Assembly: GCA_039818205.1 (NCBI GenBank)
Contig: JBCBUK010000015.1
Span: 38,980-102,979 of the forward strand
Direction: 5' to 3'
Origin: Verrucomicrobiota bacterium
GTDB lineage: Bacteria; Verrucomicrobiota; Verrucomicrobiia; Opitutales; Cerasicoccaceae
Length of the DNA: 64,000 bases
The translations under genes and the position numbers were made by a program. The notes beneath the pieces were generated by a model, which searched no databases, was not told the DNA's origin, and was given only the letters and a program-made list of their open reading frames with translations. The first letter of the stretch is position 1. Every line of letters begins with the position of its first letter. Shown here one piece after another: positions 48,906 through 59,164 of this stretch.

Positions 48906-49913
48906 CTATTGAAAATCTATCATTGCCTTTATCAGGCCGGGTTGTTCGTGCAGGGTTGGGAGTTTCTTATCTAAGTCTTCAAAGCGGAGTCGGTGAGTGA
49001 TCAACGGGAGTGGATCAATTTTTCCGATCTCGATCATCTCGATTACATGGCGGAACGTTTCGGACTTGGCGGCCCGGCTGGCGCAGAGAGTTAGTTCGCG
49101 GCGATGGAAATTCGGGTCATCGAATTGGAGGTCGCCGATAAACAGGCCGACAAAGACAACGCGACCGCCGTGCTCCGTGAGGTTGAAACAGTTGTTCATG
49201 GAGTGGCGATTGCCGGTGGCATCAATCACGCAGCTGGGGAGCTGGCCAAAGTATTCCTTAAAGCGTTCACCCAGGTCATCGCCCGCAAGCATGGGAGTGC
49301 CAAGCTGCATAGACTCGGTGGTGAACTGGAGGCGTTGCTCATCGAGATCGACAACGACAAGGTCGGCTCCAGCTGCTTTGGCAAACAGGGCCACCCCTAA
49401 GCCGATCGGCCCCATGCCTAGGACCACGACTGGTTCGCGAGTGGCGAGGTCTGCCCGCTCGATTGCGTGTGCTCCGATTGCCAGTGGTTCCACGAGGGCA
49501 AGTTGATCGACGCTCAGGCGATTGTTTTTGTGGAGGTAATGCCAGGGAATCGTTAGTTCAGGCTGGTGCCCCCCGTCGATATGCACCCCCAACACTTTGA
49601 GCGAGTGACAACAATTGGTCTTGCCCACGGAACATGCGGGACAACCACCACAGTAAAAGTAAGGCTCAACCGCACACCGATCGCCGGGATTCAGTTTGCT
49701 ATTCTCGGGTGCTTCGATGACTTCTACGCAAAGTTCGTGCCCCAGGCGCCGCGGATAGCTAAAGAACGGCTGACGGCCAGAGTAGGCGTGTATGTCGGTG
49801 CCGCAGACACCACAGGCAAGGACTCGGACCAAGGCCTCTTCAACGCCGGGCTTGGGGGCAGGCGCATCGACGAACTCCAATCGTCCGGGTTCAACAAGGG
49901 TCAGGCTTCGCAT
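48906..49913 (-). CDS. Zn-dependent dehydrogenase, L-galactonate 5-dehydrogenase-like
   Basis: CGVCGTDIHAYSGRQPFFSYPRRLGHE, CGGCPAC...NCC, LGVHIDGG, GMGPIG, DPNFHRRELTL. Confidence 0.85.
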   Translation of the reverse strand: MRSLTLVEPGRLEFVDAPAPKPGVEEALVRVLACGVCGTDIHAYSGRQPFFSYPRRLGHELCVEVIEAPENSKLNPGDRCAVEPYFYCGGCPACSVGKTNCCHSLKVLGVHIDGGHQPELTIPWHYLHKNNRLSVDQLALVEPLAIGAHAIERADLATREPVVVLGMGPIGLGVALFAKAAGADLVVVDLDEQRLQFTTESMQLGTPMLAGDDLGERFKEYFGQLPSCVIDATGNRHSMNNCFNLTEHGGRVVFVGLFIGDLQFDDPNFHRRELTLCASRAAKSETFRHVIEMIEIGKIDPLPLITHRLRFEDLDKKLPTLHEQPGLIKAMIDFQ

Positions 49914-50009
49914 AAATCTTTGGGATTCTTGGTGGGATTTGGAAATTACCATTCTAGCAGATCGACAATTCGATATGCTTGCATAATCGTATTGTGGTAA
50001 ATAGTATAC

Positions 50010-51032
50010 ATGAAACATTTTAAATCGATGCCCGTTATTTATCAGGAAGATCGTGAGCGCTACGAGATCGACGCTTGTTTGCCCCAGAAGTCGGCGGTGC
50101 TAAGTGGCAAGATCGACCTGTTTGCCCTCACTCACGGTGATTACCCCGGCAAGCCGTTGCCGAAGACGTTGATTCCTGAGGTTAGCGGTATCGGTTTTTT
50201 GGACGCGATTGGAGAGCAGGATTGGGGAATGGACTCTCATCGAAATGAAGGCATCGAAATTTGTTTACAGGAAAGTGGAGAGAACCTGCTGATAGTCGAC
50301 GGTAAAAAATACCCAATGCCAGCGAATACCCTGTCGATCACCCGCCCGTGGCAGCTGCATCGCGTGGGTGACCCTTATCTCGGGCCAGGCAGATTGCATT
50401 GGATCATTTTGGATGTTCGGGTTCGGCGTCCAAATCAGCAATGGCGTTGGCCGGATTGGTGCCTGCTGACGGAAAAGGACCTGAACGAGTTGACCCGTTT
50501 GTTGCGGGGTAACGAACACCCGGTTTGGCGGGCCGATTCCGAACTGGTAGCGACCTTCCGGCGGCTGGCAACCTATGTGACCGCGGATATTCCCGAGAAG
50601 CATGGCTCCAGTATCATGATCGCCATCAATCAATTGTTAGTGTCTTTGCTCAACTTATTGCGCTCCCAGCATATCGAACCGGATGAGCAGTTCAGTTCTG
50701 TGGTTCGTACCGTTGAGCTGTTCCTGAATGAGTTGGGAAAGAGTCCTGAGATGCTGGGAATGCCTTGGACCCTCGAGGGCATGGCAGCGCAGTGCGGGCT
50801 GGGGCGTTCAGCATTCTCAAAATACTGCTATCAGCTGCAGAATCTAAGTCCGATAGATTTTCTGAACCATAGTCGGTTGGTGCACGCTGCAAATCGGCTC
50901 AAAGCGGATTCTGCGAACACAGTTACTGAGATCGCTTTCGACTTGGGTTTCTCCAGCAGCCAGTATTTCGCGCGCTCGTTCAAGCGTCATTTCGGATGTT
51001 CGCCGAGCGCCTGGCGGGCAAAATTCCTATGA
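50010..51032 (+). CDS. AraC-family regulator of the sugar-acid operon
   Basis: HRNEGIE cupin; VTEIAFDLGFSSSQYFARSFKRHFGCSP; divergent from the operon. Confidence 0.92.
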   Translation: MKHFKSMPVIYQEDRERYEIDACLPQKSAVLSGKIDLFALTHGDYPGKPLPKTLIPEVSGIGFLDAIGEQDWGMDSHRNEGIEICLQESGENLLIVDGKKYPMPANTLSITRPWQLHRVGDPYLGPGRLHWIILDVRVRRPNQQWRWPDWCLLTEKDLNELTRLLRGNEHPVWRADSELVATFRRLATYVTADIPEKHGSSIMIAINQLLVSLLNLLRSQHIEPDEQFSSVVRTVELFLNELGKSPEMLGMPWTLEGMAAQCGLGRSAFSKYCYQLQNLSPIDFLNHSRLVHAANRLKADSANTVTEIAFDLGFSSSQYFARSFKRHFGCSPSAWRAKFL

Positions 51033-51050
51033 GTTTAGGGCTTCGAGAAT

Positions 51051-51087
51051 GGCAAGAGCCAAGGCTGGTATCGCCTTGGCTCTCGCC
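51051..51087. terminator. Hairpin between convergent genes
   Basis: AGAGCCAAGGC/GCCTTGGCTCT stem. Confidence 0.55.
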
Positions 51088-51106
51088 GAATCGAATCTCT
51101 TGATTG

Positions 51107-51610
51107 CTAGAGTGTTTTGAATACGAGGATCAGAATCACCGAGACTGTGATTGCGACCCAGGTGCGAATAACGTTCCACCGGTTCCAGGTGCCCTCGAAG
51201 TGTTTTCGAGCCGATTGCATCGACGCGTCGTCCATCGTGCGAGTTTCCAGTTGCTGGAGTTCGTTGTTGCGGGGAACATTGACGGTGAAGGTCGGTAGCT
51301 GAACACCCAGGAAGTAAAGCGTTGCTGCGGCAATTAGCAGCCACCGTCCGGTTCCCGAGAGTTGCCAGAGCCCGAGCCCAGCGGCGGCGAGAAGTGAGAT
51401 GATCGACCCAAGCCATACCAACACGAATACTGGCTGGCCATTCTGAATGATGCCATCGATCACCTGAAAGGCTCGAATAAACTCTGCATCACAAAGCTTT
51501 TTGATGCCGGGCATTATCACGACCGCAAATGTGAGGGTGAGCCCGGCCACCAGTGTTGTGGTGACCGTGGCGAACAACAGAAGGTTTGAGAATATGGCTT
51601 GAGTGATCAT
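51107..51610 (-). CDS. DUF1772 / anthrone-oxygenase-like membrane protein
   Basis: VIMPGI...FIRAFQVID, NVPRNNEL, WNRWNVIRT. Confidence 0.85.
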   Translation of the reverse strand: MITQAIFSNLLLFATVTTTLVAGLTLTFAVVIMPGIKKLCDAEFIRAFQVIDGIIQNGQPVFVLVWLGSIISLLAAAGLGLWQLSGTGRWLLIAAATLYFLGVQLPTFTVNVPRNNELQQLETRTMDDASMQSARKHFEGTWNRWNVIRTWVAITVSVILILVFKTL

Positions 51611-51640
51611 CGTATTTGTCTCCTATGGAAAGCTCATTGA

Positions 51641-52498
51641 TTAGTTCCAGGCGCCGGACGCTTTTGCCTCAGCGACAAAGTCTTTGAAGTCACGCGGAGG
51701 GCGTCCTAGTGCCTGCTGAACGCCGTCTCCTAAGCATTCGTTGCGACCGTCGAGCCCGACTTTGAATAGGTAGTCGAGGAGTTTGACCATGACATCTGGT
51801 AGTTGGGCTTCTCGAAGGCCGTCGACAAATTCGTCGTTCGAGATGGGAACGAACTGGATTGGTCTCCCCGTTGCGTTCGATATCTCTTCGGCGATCTCTT
51901 CAAAGGCGATGAGTCGCGGTCCGGTCATCTCATAGATTTTGCCAGCGTGGCCATCTTCGGTAAGTGCGACGAAGGAAACGTCAGCGATGTCTTCAGCGTC
52001 AACAAACGGTTCCTTGACGCCGTGAATGGGGAGGGCGATCGTTCCCGCCATCACCATCTCGTGCATGAATGATTCCGTGAGGTTTTGATTGAACCACGCG
52101 CAACGCACAACCGTCGCTGGAATGCCGGAGTTCATAACGATGCGCTCACACAGCTGGGCTTCTTCTTCACCACGGCCGGAGAGTAAGACAATGCGACCGA
52201 CTCCATGCTGTTTTGCTTTTGCGACCAGCTCACGAATATGGTCCGACGCACCAGGGACGGCGAGGTCTGGGTAGTAGGCGATATAGATGGCCTGCACATC
52301 TTCGAGAACGGCGTCCCAGTTGCTCGATTCGTGCCAATCGAAGCTTGGGGAGCCCGATCGCGATCCGATCTGGACGGGTAGCCCTTTGGACTCAAGCCGG
52401 TCGACAATGCGGCGACCCGTTTTGCCGTTTCCACCGAGGACAAGCGTGCCCTTGGTCTGCGTTAATGTATCGGTTTGGGTTGTTGTTTTTGTATTCAT
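51641..52498 (-). CDS. NmrA-like NAD(P)H-binding protein
   Basis: VLGGNGKTGRRI, YYPDLAVPGA, LLSGRGEEEA, FVDAEDIAD; likely start MNTKT. Confidence 0.88.
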   Translation of the reverse strand: MNTKTTTQTDTLTQTKGTLVLGGNGKTGRRIVDRLESKGLPVQIGSRSGSPSFDWHESSNWDAVLEDVQAIYIAYYPDLAVPGASDHIRELVAKAKQHGVGRIVLLSGRGEEEAQLCERIVMNSGIPATVVRCAWFNQNLTESFMHEMVMAGTIALPIHGVKEPFVDAEDIADVSFVALTEDGHAGKIYEMTGPRLIAFEEIAEEISNATGRPIQFVPISNDEFVDGLREAQLPDVMVKLLDYLFKVGLDGRNECLGDGVQQALGRPPRDFKDFVAEAKASGAWN

Positions 52499-52515
52499 CG
52501 CCGCTATACTACTAA

Positions 52516-52533
52516 ATATAATCTGGATTATAT
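52516..52533. promoter_or_regulatory. Palindrome ATATAATC-N2-GATTATAT in the divergent promoter
   Basis: Perfect 8-bp arms, with TTGACA nearby at 52555-52560. Confidence 0.4.
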
Positions 52534-52574
52534 ATGTCAGATGATCTGTATATATTGACAATTCGTCCAAAATT

Positions 52575-53573
52575 ATGGATTCTAGATCTATGGAAAGCGT
52601 TTGTTCTGAAAACCTGGAGATGGCCTTTCGCTCGATTGACCCACTTGGCGAAGCCTTACATTCATTGCGCTTGAGCGGCACGTTCTACGGTCGCTCTGAT
52701 CTGACGGCGCCCTGGGGGATTGATCTTCCGCCGATGCCGGAGTGTTTAATGTTCCATGTCGTTACCAAGGGGCATTGTTGGATCGAGTTTCCCAACGGAG
52801 ACCAACGTCGCTTGGAGGCTGGGGACTTTGCGCTGATACCGCATGGGCAAGGACACTCGATTGCGGATGACCCGGACACCAAAGTGGTAAATATCTTTGA
52901 TCTGGATCGGCAGATAATTAGTCCACGCTATGAGTTGCTTACGTATGGAGGTGGCGGCGAGCCGACTCATCTGATTTGCGGCGCCGTTTCGGTGAGAGAT
53001 CCAGCGGCCCAGCGCGTGATCGGTTTGTTGCCCAAGATCATTGTGATGCAGACGAATACCCCCGAGAACGAATGGTTGCTGGGCACAATTCGTATGATGA
53101 TGACTGAAGCGGAGTCGTTGAAGCCAGGCGGCGATACAATTATTACTCGCGTTTCGGATATCCTAGTTGTGCAGGCGATTCGCCACTGGTTGGACAATGA
53201 CCCGCTGGCGAAAACGGGCTGGCTCGGCGCGCTTAAGGATTCGCAGATTGGGAATGCGATAGCCCTCGTGCACCGCCATCCGACCTTCGCCTGGTCGGTT
53301 GAAGCGTTGGCCGAAAAGGTTGGGATGTCGCGTTCTGGATTCGCGGCCCGGTTTATGCAGTTGGTTGGCGAGCCGCCCATGCAATACGTTCGCAAGTGGC
53401 GGTTCCAGGTCGCAACCGGTTGGCTGGAGGATACCGATAGCTCAATTGCTGAGATTGCCGAGAAACTGGCTTATGAATCCGAAGCGTCGTTTAGTCGTGC
53501 GTATAAAAAATTTACGGGCTCGACGCCCGGAGCCGTTCGCCGCGGGCGGCGGGGAGAAGCTGCTGCCAGCTAG
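52575..53573 (+). CDS. AraC-family regulator with Cupin_6 domain (RclR-like)
   Basis: DPLGEALHSLRL, FHVVTKGHCW, GWLGALKDSQIG, GYES-like AYESEASFSRAYKK. Confidence 0.9.
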   Translation: MDSRSMESVCSENLEMAFRSIDPLGEALHSLRLSGTFYGRSDLTAPWGIDLPPMPECLMFHVVTKGHCWIEFPNGDQRRLEAGDFALIPHGQGHSIADDPDTKVVNIFDLDRQIISPRYELLTYGGGGEPTHLICGAVSVRDPAAQRVIGLLPKIIVMQTNTPENEWLLGTIRMMMTEAESLKPGGDTIITRVSDILVVQAIRHWLDNDPLAKTGWLGALKDSQIGNAIALVHRHPTFAWSVEALAEKVGMSRSGFAARFMQLVGEPPMQYVRKWRFQVATGWLEDTDSSIAEIAEKLAYESEASFSRAYKKFTGSTPGAVRRGRRGEAAAS

Positions 53574-54292
53574 CGGTTGTAGATAGCCGGCATCTGGCCC
53601 TTCCAAGTCTTCCATAACTCGTCATCACAAGCCAATTGATGCATGAAGTGCGCGGTGTTTATGCGGCTGGTTTTCCCGGGATTAAAAAGCGGGTTTCGCG
53701 TTGGGGAAGGGAAAATATCGTAGGGTGTCACTTCTTCGGCGTCGATGAGCCCATCCGGACGCACCACAGCCCATTCAATCGCGGTCGGTGTATTGCGATT
53801 CAACAGACGGAGATAGTCGGCGGCTTGTTCGTTGTCGGTGTGCGGCGGCAGTAGCCGGAGTAGCGAGTTGATTGCTTTGTAGACTGCTGAGCGGGGTTCG
53901 TTCAGGTCGCTATTGCGGACACTGACCGTGTTCATCAGAATATATTTAACTGGCTTGCCTGGATTGGCTGTTTGAGCACTTTCGCAGAGCCGCTGAGCTG
54001 CCTGCGTGACCAAGCGGCGTGGTTCGCCGAAGATGCCCTTCCAGGTGAGATTGTGCCCCAGACAGGAAAAGATGGCTTCGCAGTCGGTCAGCGCCTCATT
54101 TAGCTCTTGTTCGCTGAGGTCCAGGAGAGCCTTTTCGACGACTCGAATATTGGGGTGATTCTGTAGCGATTTGGGTAAGCGGCCGCGCGAACGAACGACA
54201 ACACAAAGGTGATCTTCGGAGTCGAGAATCATTCGAGCCAGTCGCTGACCGGTGGCACCAGTGGCGCCCGCGAGGAAAAATTTTCTGTTCAC
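53570..54292 (-). CDS. NAD(P)-binding oxidoreductase (flavin reductase/BLVRB-like)
   Basis: AGATGATG, SCLGH, WAVVRPDGL, TSRINTAHFM. Confidence 0.82.
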   Translation of the reverse strand: MNRKFFLAGATGATGQRLARMILDSEDHLCVVVRSRGRLPKSLQNHPNIRVVEKALLDLSEQELNEALTDCEAIFSCLGHNLTWKGIFGEPRRLVTQAAQRLCESAQTANPGKPVKYILMNTVSVRNSDLNEPRSAVYKAINSLLRLLPPHTDNEQAADYLRLLNRNTPTAIEWAVVRPDGLIDAEEVTPYDIFPSPTRNPLFNPGKTSRINTAHFMHQLACDDELWKTWKGQMPAIYNR

Positions 54293-54504
54293 AGAGTTAG
54301 TGTTGGAGTGCTTATCTCGAAGCAGGTCAATCGTTTTGTCGAACCTGGAAAGAATGCTCGCGCGGTCAAGCTATCAAAAGAAAGTGAGCACGTGCACATT
54401 TTGGGCTTGAAAGTTCTCTGCTTGCCATGATCAATCGGGTTCAGTCAGCAGGTAGAGATTTTTCCTATCCTCGCTAGAAATAGAAATCCCCATCGAGAAC
54501 ACCC

Positions 54505-56019
54505 ATGAATCCATCTATCAGTCTTTTTGCATTCGCGACCTGTCTTACCTGTGTTGGTAACGTATCGGATCAGCAACATGTCGATGGCAGTGCTGCGTCT
54601 TACGTTGACGGGAATAGCGCAGACACTCCGGTCCCCGAGGTACGGATCGAGAACGGGAAGGAGTATCTTTACTGGCCGGGTTGGAACCAGTCAAAAAACC
54701 GCAAGCTGCAGGTCCGCCGTGAGCGGACGACTCATCCGGATGCCCAGTGGTGGCCGCATGCCGGATTGGGAATCTTTATGCACTGGGGAATCGTTAGTGA
54801 GTTTGAGCCCACCGGAGAAGCTTGGGCTGGCCGGTGGACGCAGAAACGCGAAGACACCGGCACTTTCCATCCTCAGCAGGAGATTTGGGATGCGGCGGAA
54901 ACTTTCGACCCGGTGAACTACGATCCCGAGAAGTGGATGGCTGGAGCAAAGCGGGCAGGATTTAAGTATGCCGTTCTAACAACCAAACACCACGATGGGT
55001 ATGCGTTGTGGGACTCGGATTGGGCGCTGATCGGAGTGCGTCAGTATCTCGATGGGCGAGATCTGGTTGCACCGTTTGTCGAGGCGTGCCGAAACAATGA
55101 TCTGCGTGTTGGTTTTTATTACTCTGGAATGGATTGGTTTTTTGATCGGGACTACATGAATTTTGGTTACGGCGATGGAATCAAAGTCAACTACAAGGGA
55201 GAGCACGTAGATTCGTTGCCCAATCGCCCCCACAGCCGATGGCCCGCATATCAGGAATACAACGCGCAGCAGGTGAAGGAGTTGATTGGACGGTTTGATC
55301 CCGATATCTGGTGGGGCGATGGCGGGCACGGCATGACAGTGGAAGAGATTCGCAAGCTGCGGCCTGGCATTGTCTGCAACAATCGAGACCCGGGCAGTGG
55401 AGATCATGCAACCGCCGAAGGTTTTGGCATGTCTGAGCCCTACCTGATTGAGCCAATTCTCGAGAATGGCTGGTGGTGGGAAGTGAATTCCATCATTCAA
55501 GGTGGCTCCTGGCACTACGACCATAAGCGAGGGGAGACGATCTATGATTCCGATGCTGTATTGATGAAACTGGCAGAGGCTCGTTGTATGGGCGGGAATC
55601 TGCTTGCAAATATTGGACCTCGCCCGGATGGAACCTACCAAGATGAAGTCTGGCGTCTGTTTGACGACATGGGGTTCTGGATGGAAACAAACGAGGAATC
55701 TGTTTTTGGCATCAACGGCGGTGGGCCTTGGCCGGAGAAATGTAACGTCCCAATCACGATTAAAGATCGTAACTGGTACTTCCATTCGATGAAGAACCAG
55801 GCGACCGACGGGAATCCCGTTGTGCTAGTTGACTGTCCAATAAAACCCGAGTCGGTAACGCTATTGCGAACCGGTGATGAGCTGCCCTTCGAGTTCGTTG
55901 ACGGCCGTTTCAGCTACTCGATTCCGGAGCGCCTGAAGGCAGGGCGGGTAACCGATGTCGTAAAAGTCGGATTCGGAAACGAATTCAACCCGACGCCTTA
56001 CCTATTCACTCATTGGTGA
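54505..56019 (+). CDS. GH29 alpha-L-fucosidase family protein
   Basis: GIFMHWG, TTKHHDGYALW, GFYYS, WWGDG (nucleophile Asp), GNLLANIGP. Confidence 0.9.
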   Translation: MNPSISLFAFATCLTCVGNVSDQQHVDGSAASYVDGNSADTPVPEVRIENGKEYLYWPGWNQSKNRKLQVRRERTTHPDAQWWPHAGLGIFMHWGIVSEFEPTGEAWAGRWTQKREDTGTFHPQQEIWDAAETFDPVNYDPEKWMAGAKRAGFKYAVLTTKHHDGYALWDSDWALIGVRQYLDGRDLVAPFVEACRNNDLRVGFYYSGMDWFFDRDYMNFGYGDGIKVNYKGEHVDSLPNRPHSRWPAYQEYNAQQVKELIGRFDPDIWWGDGGHGMTVEEIRKLRPGIVCNNRDPGSGDHATAEGFGMSEPYLIEPILENGWWWEVNSIIQGGSWHYDHKRGETIYDSDAVLMKLAEARCMGGNLLANIGPRPDGTYQDEVWRLFDDMGFWMETNEESVFGINGGGPWPEKCNVPITIKDRNWYFHSMKNQATDGNPVVLVDCPIKPESVTLLRTGDELPFEFVDGRFSYSIPERLKAGRVTDVVKVGFGNEFNPTPYLFTHW

Positions 56020-56062
56020 TCGTAAGAGGTTTGGGGTATGGGGTGGTAAGTTTGCCGCGTTG

Positions 56063-56117
56063 AAAACCGCCCTTTGGTGGGCCAGTTGAGTTAACTGGCC
56101 CTCACAAGGGTAGTTTT
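56063..56117. terminator. Bidirectional terminator
   Basis: AAAAC..CCCTT..GGGCCAGTT / AACTGGCCC..AAGGG..GTTTT between convergent genes. Confidence 0.65.
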
Positions 56118-56128
56118 AATGGTGCCGC

Positions 56129-56443
56129 TTAGGCGTGTTCGATGACCCAGGGGCGGGCTCCGGTGTAGCTTTGGAGACCTTCCTTGGCCTTTTTCGGCTT
56201 TTTGTTGTGGCTATGGCTATGCGAGCAGCCCGATCCGCAAACGTGCGGCTCCTGTCGGCTTTTCATGCTGCGGTCCATTGCTTTGATCTGGGCCGTTGCC
56301 ATCTGCTTAATACGCGGTAGCGACATTGCCCGCGGAGCTTCCTGCCCGCATTCGGGGCAGGGGGCGGGGCTGAGGCGCTCAGCCATTGTGCTGAACGCCT
56401 CAAAGCGACCGTGGTCGTTGCAATCATATTCGTAAAGAACCAT
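56129..56443 (-). CDS. fmdB: FmdB-family zinc-ribbon protein
   Basis: YEYDCNDHG...CPECG...ARPWVIEH; follows fmdA. Confidence 0.88.
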   Translation of the reverse strand: MVLYEYDCNDHGRFEAFSTMAERLSPAPCPECGQEAPRAMSLPRIKQMATAQIKAMDRSMKSRQEPHVCGSGCSHSHSHNKKPKKAKEGLQSYTGARPWVIEHA

Positions 56444-56462
56444 GATAATTCCCCTTCGTTAA

Positions 56463-57683
56463 TTAAACAACTTCCGCGAGATCGGCTCCTGGCGGAACCA
56501 GGATCGACGGTCCATCGGAATTCGGCTTGATATCGAAATCGAAGATTTCGGTTGGCAGATGCAGCGTCGCACATGCATTCGGAATGTCCACGATGCCGCT
56601 GATGTGTCCTTGAACCGGAGCGGTTCCGAGGATCGCATATGCTTGAGCTCCGGTGTAGCCGAACTTCTTCAGATACTCGATGGCATTCAAGCAAGCCTGG
56701 CGGTAGGCCACATGGACATCGAGATAGTGCTGCTTGCCGGACTCGTCTACAGAGATGCCCTCAAAGATGAGGTGTTCGGTGTAGTTCGGCTTGATTGGGC
56801 TCGATTGGAAGATCGGATTGAGAACGCCATACTTGAGCATGCCGCCCTTGATGATGTTGACGCGGATATCGAGATATCCAGCCATTTCGATCGCACCACA
56901 GAAGGTGATCTCACCGTCACCCTGAGAGAAGTGGATGTCACCCATCGAAAGGCCACCACCGTCTACGTAGACCGGGAAAAAGACTTTTGAGCCGCGGGTT
57001 AGATCCTTGATGTCGCAGTTTCCACCGTGCTCACGAGGAGGAACGGTCCGGGCTGCTTCATTGGCAGCTGCAATGGCGTCATCGCCGGTCATCCGTCCCA
57101 TGTGAGCGGTATCGGCGTAGGGAAGGGCGCAAAGTGGTGGAACGCGTTCTGGATCGGTTGCGAAGAGTTCGCTTTCCCGCTTGTTCCATTTGTCTAGCAA
57201 TTCTTTGGATGGCAAGCATCCGATCAGACCCGGGTGCATGATGCCAGCAAACTCAACGCCAGGAATGTGGCGAGACGATGTCTTTACGCCGTGGAAATCC
57301 CAGCACGCTTTCCGCGCCTCTGGATAGTGTTCGGTAAGGAAACCACCGCCGTTTTCTTTTGCAAACAAGCCAGTGAAACCCCAATCGGAATCCGGAAGAA
57401 CGCCAACGTCAAGGATGTCGACAACCAAGAGATCACCTGGCTCAGCACCCTCGACGGCGATGGGTCCACTGAGGTAGTGAACTTTACTGAGGTCGACGAC
57501 CTTGATGTCAGTTGCGGAGTCATCATTACTTATCTGACCACCAGTCCAGTCCACGCACTCTACGCGGAACTCGGCGCCTGGTTTCACCGTTGCAACCATC
57601 GGTATATCTGGATGCCAACGATTGTGTAGGATGTCTTGCTTCTCTGGCTCGGTTGAAACATCAACCTTAATCAGTGTTTCCAT
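56463..57683 (-). CDS. fmdA: Formamidase (FmdA/AmdA family)
   Basis: HNRWHPDIP, HYLSGP, RTVPPREHGGNCDIK, GDIHFSQGDGEITFCGAIEM, VDIPNACAT. Confidence 0.95.
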   Translation of the reverse strand: METLIKVDVSTEPEKQDILHNRWHPDIPMVATVKPGAEFRVECVDWTGGQISNDDSATDIKVVDLSKVHYLSGPIAVEGAEPGDLLVVDILDVGVLPDSDWGFTGLFAKENGGGFLTEHYPEARKACWDFHGVKTSSRHIPGVEFAGIMHPGLIGCLPSKELLDKWNKRESELFATDPERVPPLCALPYADTAHMGRMTGDDAIAAANEAARTVPPREHGGNCDIKDLTRGSKVFFPVYVDGGGLSMGDIHFSQGDGEITFCGAIEMAGYLDIRVNIIKGGMLKYGVLNPIFQSSPIKPNYTEHLIFEGISVDESGKQHYLDVHVAYRQACLNAIEYLKKFGYTGAQAYAILGTAPVQGHISGIVDIPNACATLHLPTEIFDFDIKPNSDGPSILVPPGADLAEVV

Positions 57684-57706
57684 GTTTGCTCCTTTTTTGG
57701 TTTAAT

Positions 57707-58399
57707 TTATACGGATAGATAAGATTTGATTTTGTCTGCATCGACTTCGTCGCGCATACAAGAGTGGACCATTTTGCCGCCCTCCATGACGATGAATCGG
57801 TCGGACGAATCCAGCGCGAAGGACAAGACCTGCTCCGCAACGATAATAGAAATGTTTTTCATGTCCCGGATCTTCTTCAAGGCTTGTGCCATCTCGTTGA
57901 TGATCGATGGTTGAATGCCTTCGGTTGGCTCATCCAGTAGGAGGACCTTGGGGTCGGTCACGAGCGCGCGCGCGATCGCTAGCTGTTGTTGCTGACCGCC
58001 GGAGAGGTTGCCCCCCATCCGCTTGCCCATTTCTTTAAGGACCGGAAAGAGCTCGTAGATGTATTCTGGCACATTGCGTGTTTTCGTCTGATCCATGCCG
58101 ACACGAATGTTGTCAGTTACGCTGAGTAGCGGATAGATCATCCGTCCTTGAGGCACGTAGGCCAGACCACTGCGCACTCGTTTGTAGCTTGGCATCTGGG
58201 CGATCTCGGTGCCTTCGATCTCAATGCTGCTCTTTGGTCCACAGTCTAAGATTCCAATGATGGATTTAAATAACGTGGTTTTGCCCATGCCGTTGCGGCC
58301 CATGACTGAAAGGATCTCCCCCTGTTTCAGTTCGAGGTCGAGTCCTTCGATCACACGGCTTTCGCCGTAGCTGACGCTTAAGTTTTTGACGTAGAACAT
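57707..58399 (-). CDS. urtE: Urea/amide ABC transporter ATPase UrtE
   Basis: GRNGMGKT, LSGGQQQQLAIARAL, DEPTEGIQPSII. Confidence 0.93.
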   Translation of the reverse strand: MFYVKNLSVSYGESRVIEGLDLELKQGEILSVMGRNGMGKTTLFKSIIGILDCGPKSSIEIEGTEIAQMPSYKRVRSGLAYVPQGRMIYPLLSVTDNIRVGMDQTKTRNVPEYIYELFPVLKEMGKRMGGNLSGGQQQQLAIARALVTDPKVLLLDEPTEGIQPSIINEMAQALKKIRDMKNISIIVAEQVLSFALDSSDRFIVMEGGKMVHSCMRDEVDADKIKSYLSV

Positions 58400-58417
58400 A
58401 GATAATTTCTTAGAAAG

Positions 58418-59164
58418 TTAGTGGCCCAAATAGACTTCTTGAACGAGTGGATCGTTGCGGACTTCGTCCATGGTGCCGTCTTTGATGATCTTGCCCAAAT
58501 GCAGCACGGTTACGCGTTGGGCGATCTTCGCGACAAAATCCATGTCGTGCTCAATGATAACAATTGAGCGAGTCTTTGAAATTTCGCGGAGCAACTCAGC
58601 GGTTGTATCGCGCTCCTTGGCGGTCATCCCAGCAACAGGCTCGTCGAGCATGATTAGGTCTGGGTCTTGAACCAGCAACATGCCGATTTCGAGCCACTGC
58701 TTCTGCCCGTGGCTCAGTAGCTCAGCCTCAGCGTCCAGCATGTCTTTAAGAAAGATCTGCTCGGCAACTTGTTCGATTCGATCGATGACCTCCTGGTTGC
58801 GGCGGAAACGTAGCGAGCCCCAGACGGTTCTTCCCCAAGGGTAAGAAATCTCCAGGTTTTCAAAAACAGTGAGCTTCTCGTAGATAGAAGGCGTTTGAAA
58901 CTTGCGACCTATGCCAGCGCGGACGATCTGGTGCTCCTTCAGTCGAGTGAGCTCGACGTTGTTGTATTTGATGCTGCCCGAGCTTGCCGGAGTCTTGCCA
59001 CTGATCAAATCAAGGACAGTTGTTTTGCCAGCGCCATTGGGCCCAATGATGACCCGTAATTCGCCTTTGTCGATGTAGAGCGTTAGGCTGTCTACCGCCT
59101 TAAAACCGTCGAAGCTTACCGTAAGGTCTTCGATCGCGAGCATGTAATCTGTGTTACTTGACAT
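58418..59164 (-). CDS. urtD: Urea/amide ABC transporter ATPase UrtD
   Basis: VSFDGFKA, GPNGAGKT, LSHGQKQWLEIGM. Confidence 0.93.
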   Translation of the reverse strand: MSSNTDYMLAIEDLTVSFDGFKAVDSLTLYIDKGELRVIIGPNGAGKTTVLDLISGKTPASSGSIKYNNVELTRLKEHQIVRAGIGRKFQTPSIYEKLTVFENLEISYPWGRTVWGSLRFRRNQEVIDRIEQVAEQIFLKDMLDAEAELLSHGQKQWLEIGMLLVQDPDLIMLDEPVAGMTAKERDTTAELLREISKTRSIVIIEHDMDFVAKIAQRVTVLHLGKIIKDGTMDEVRNDPLVQEVYLGH

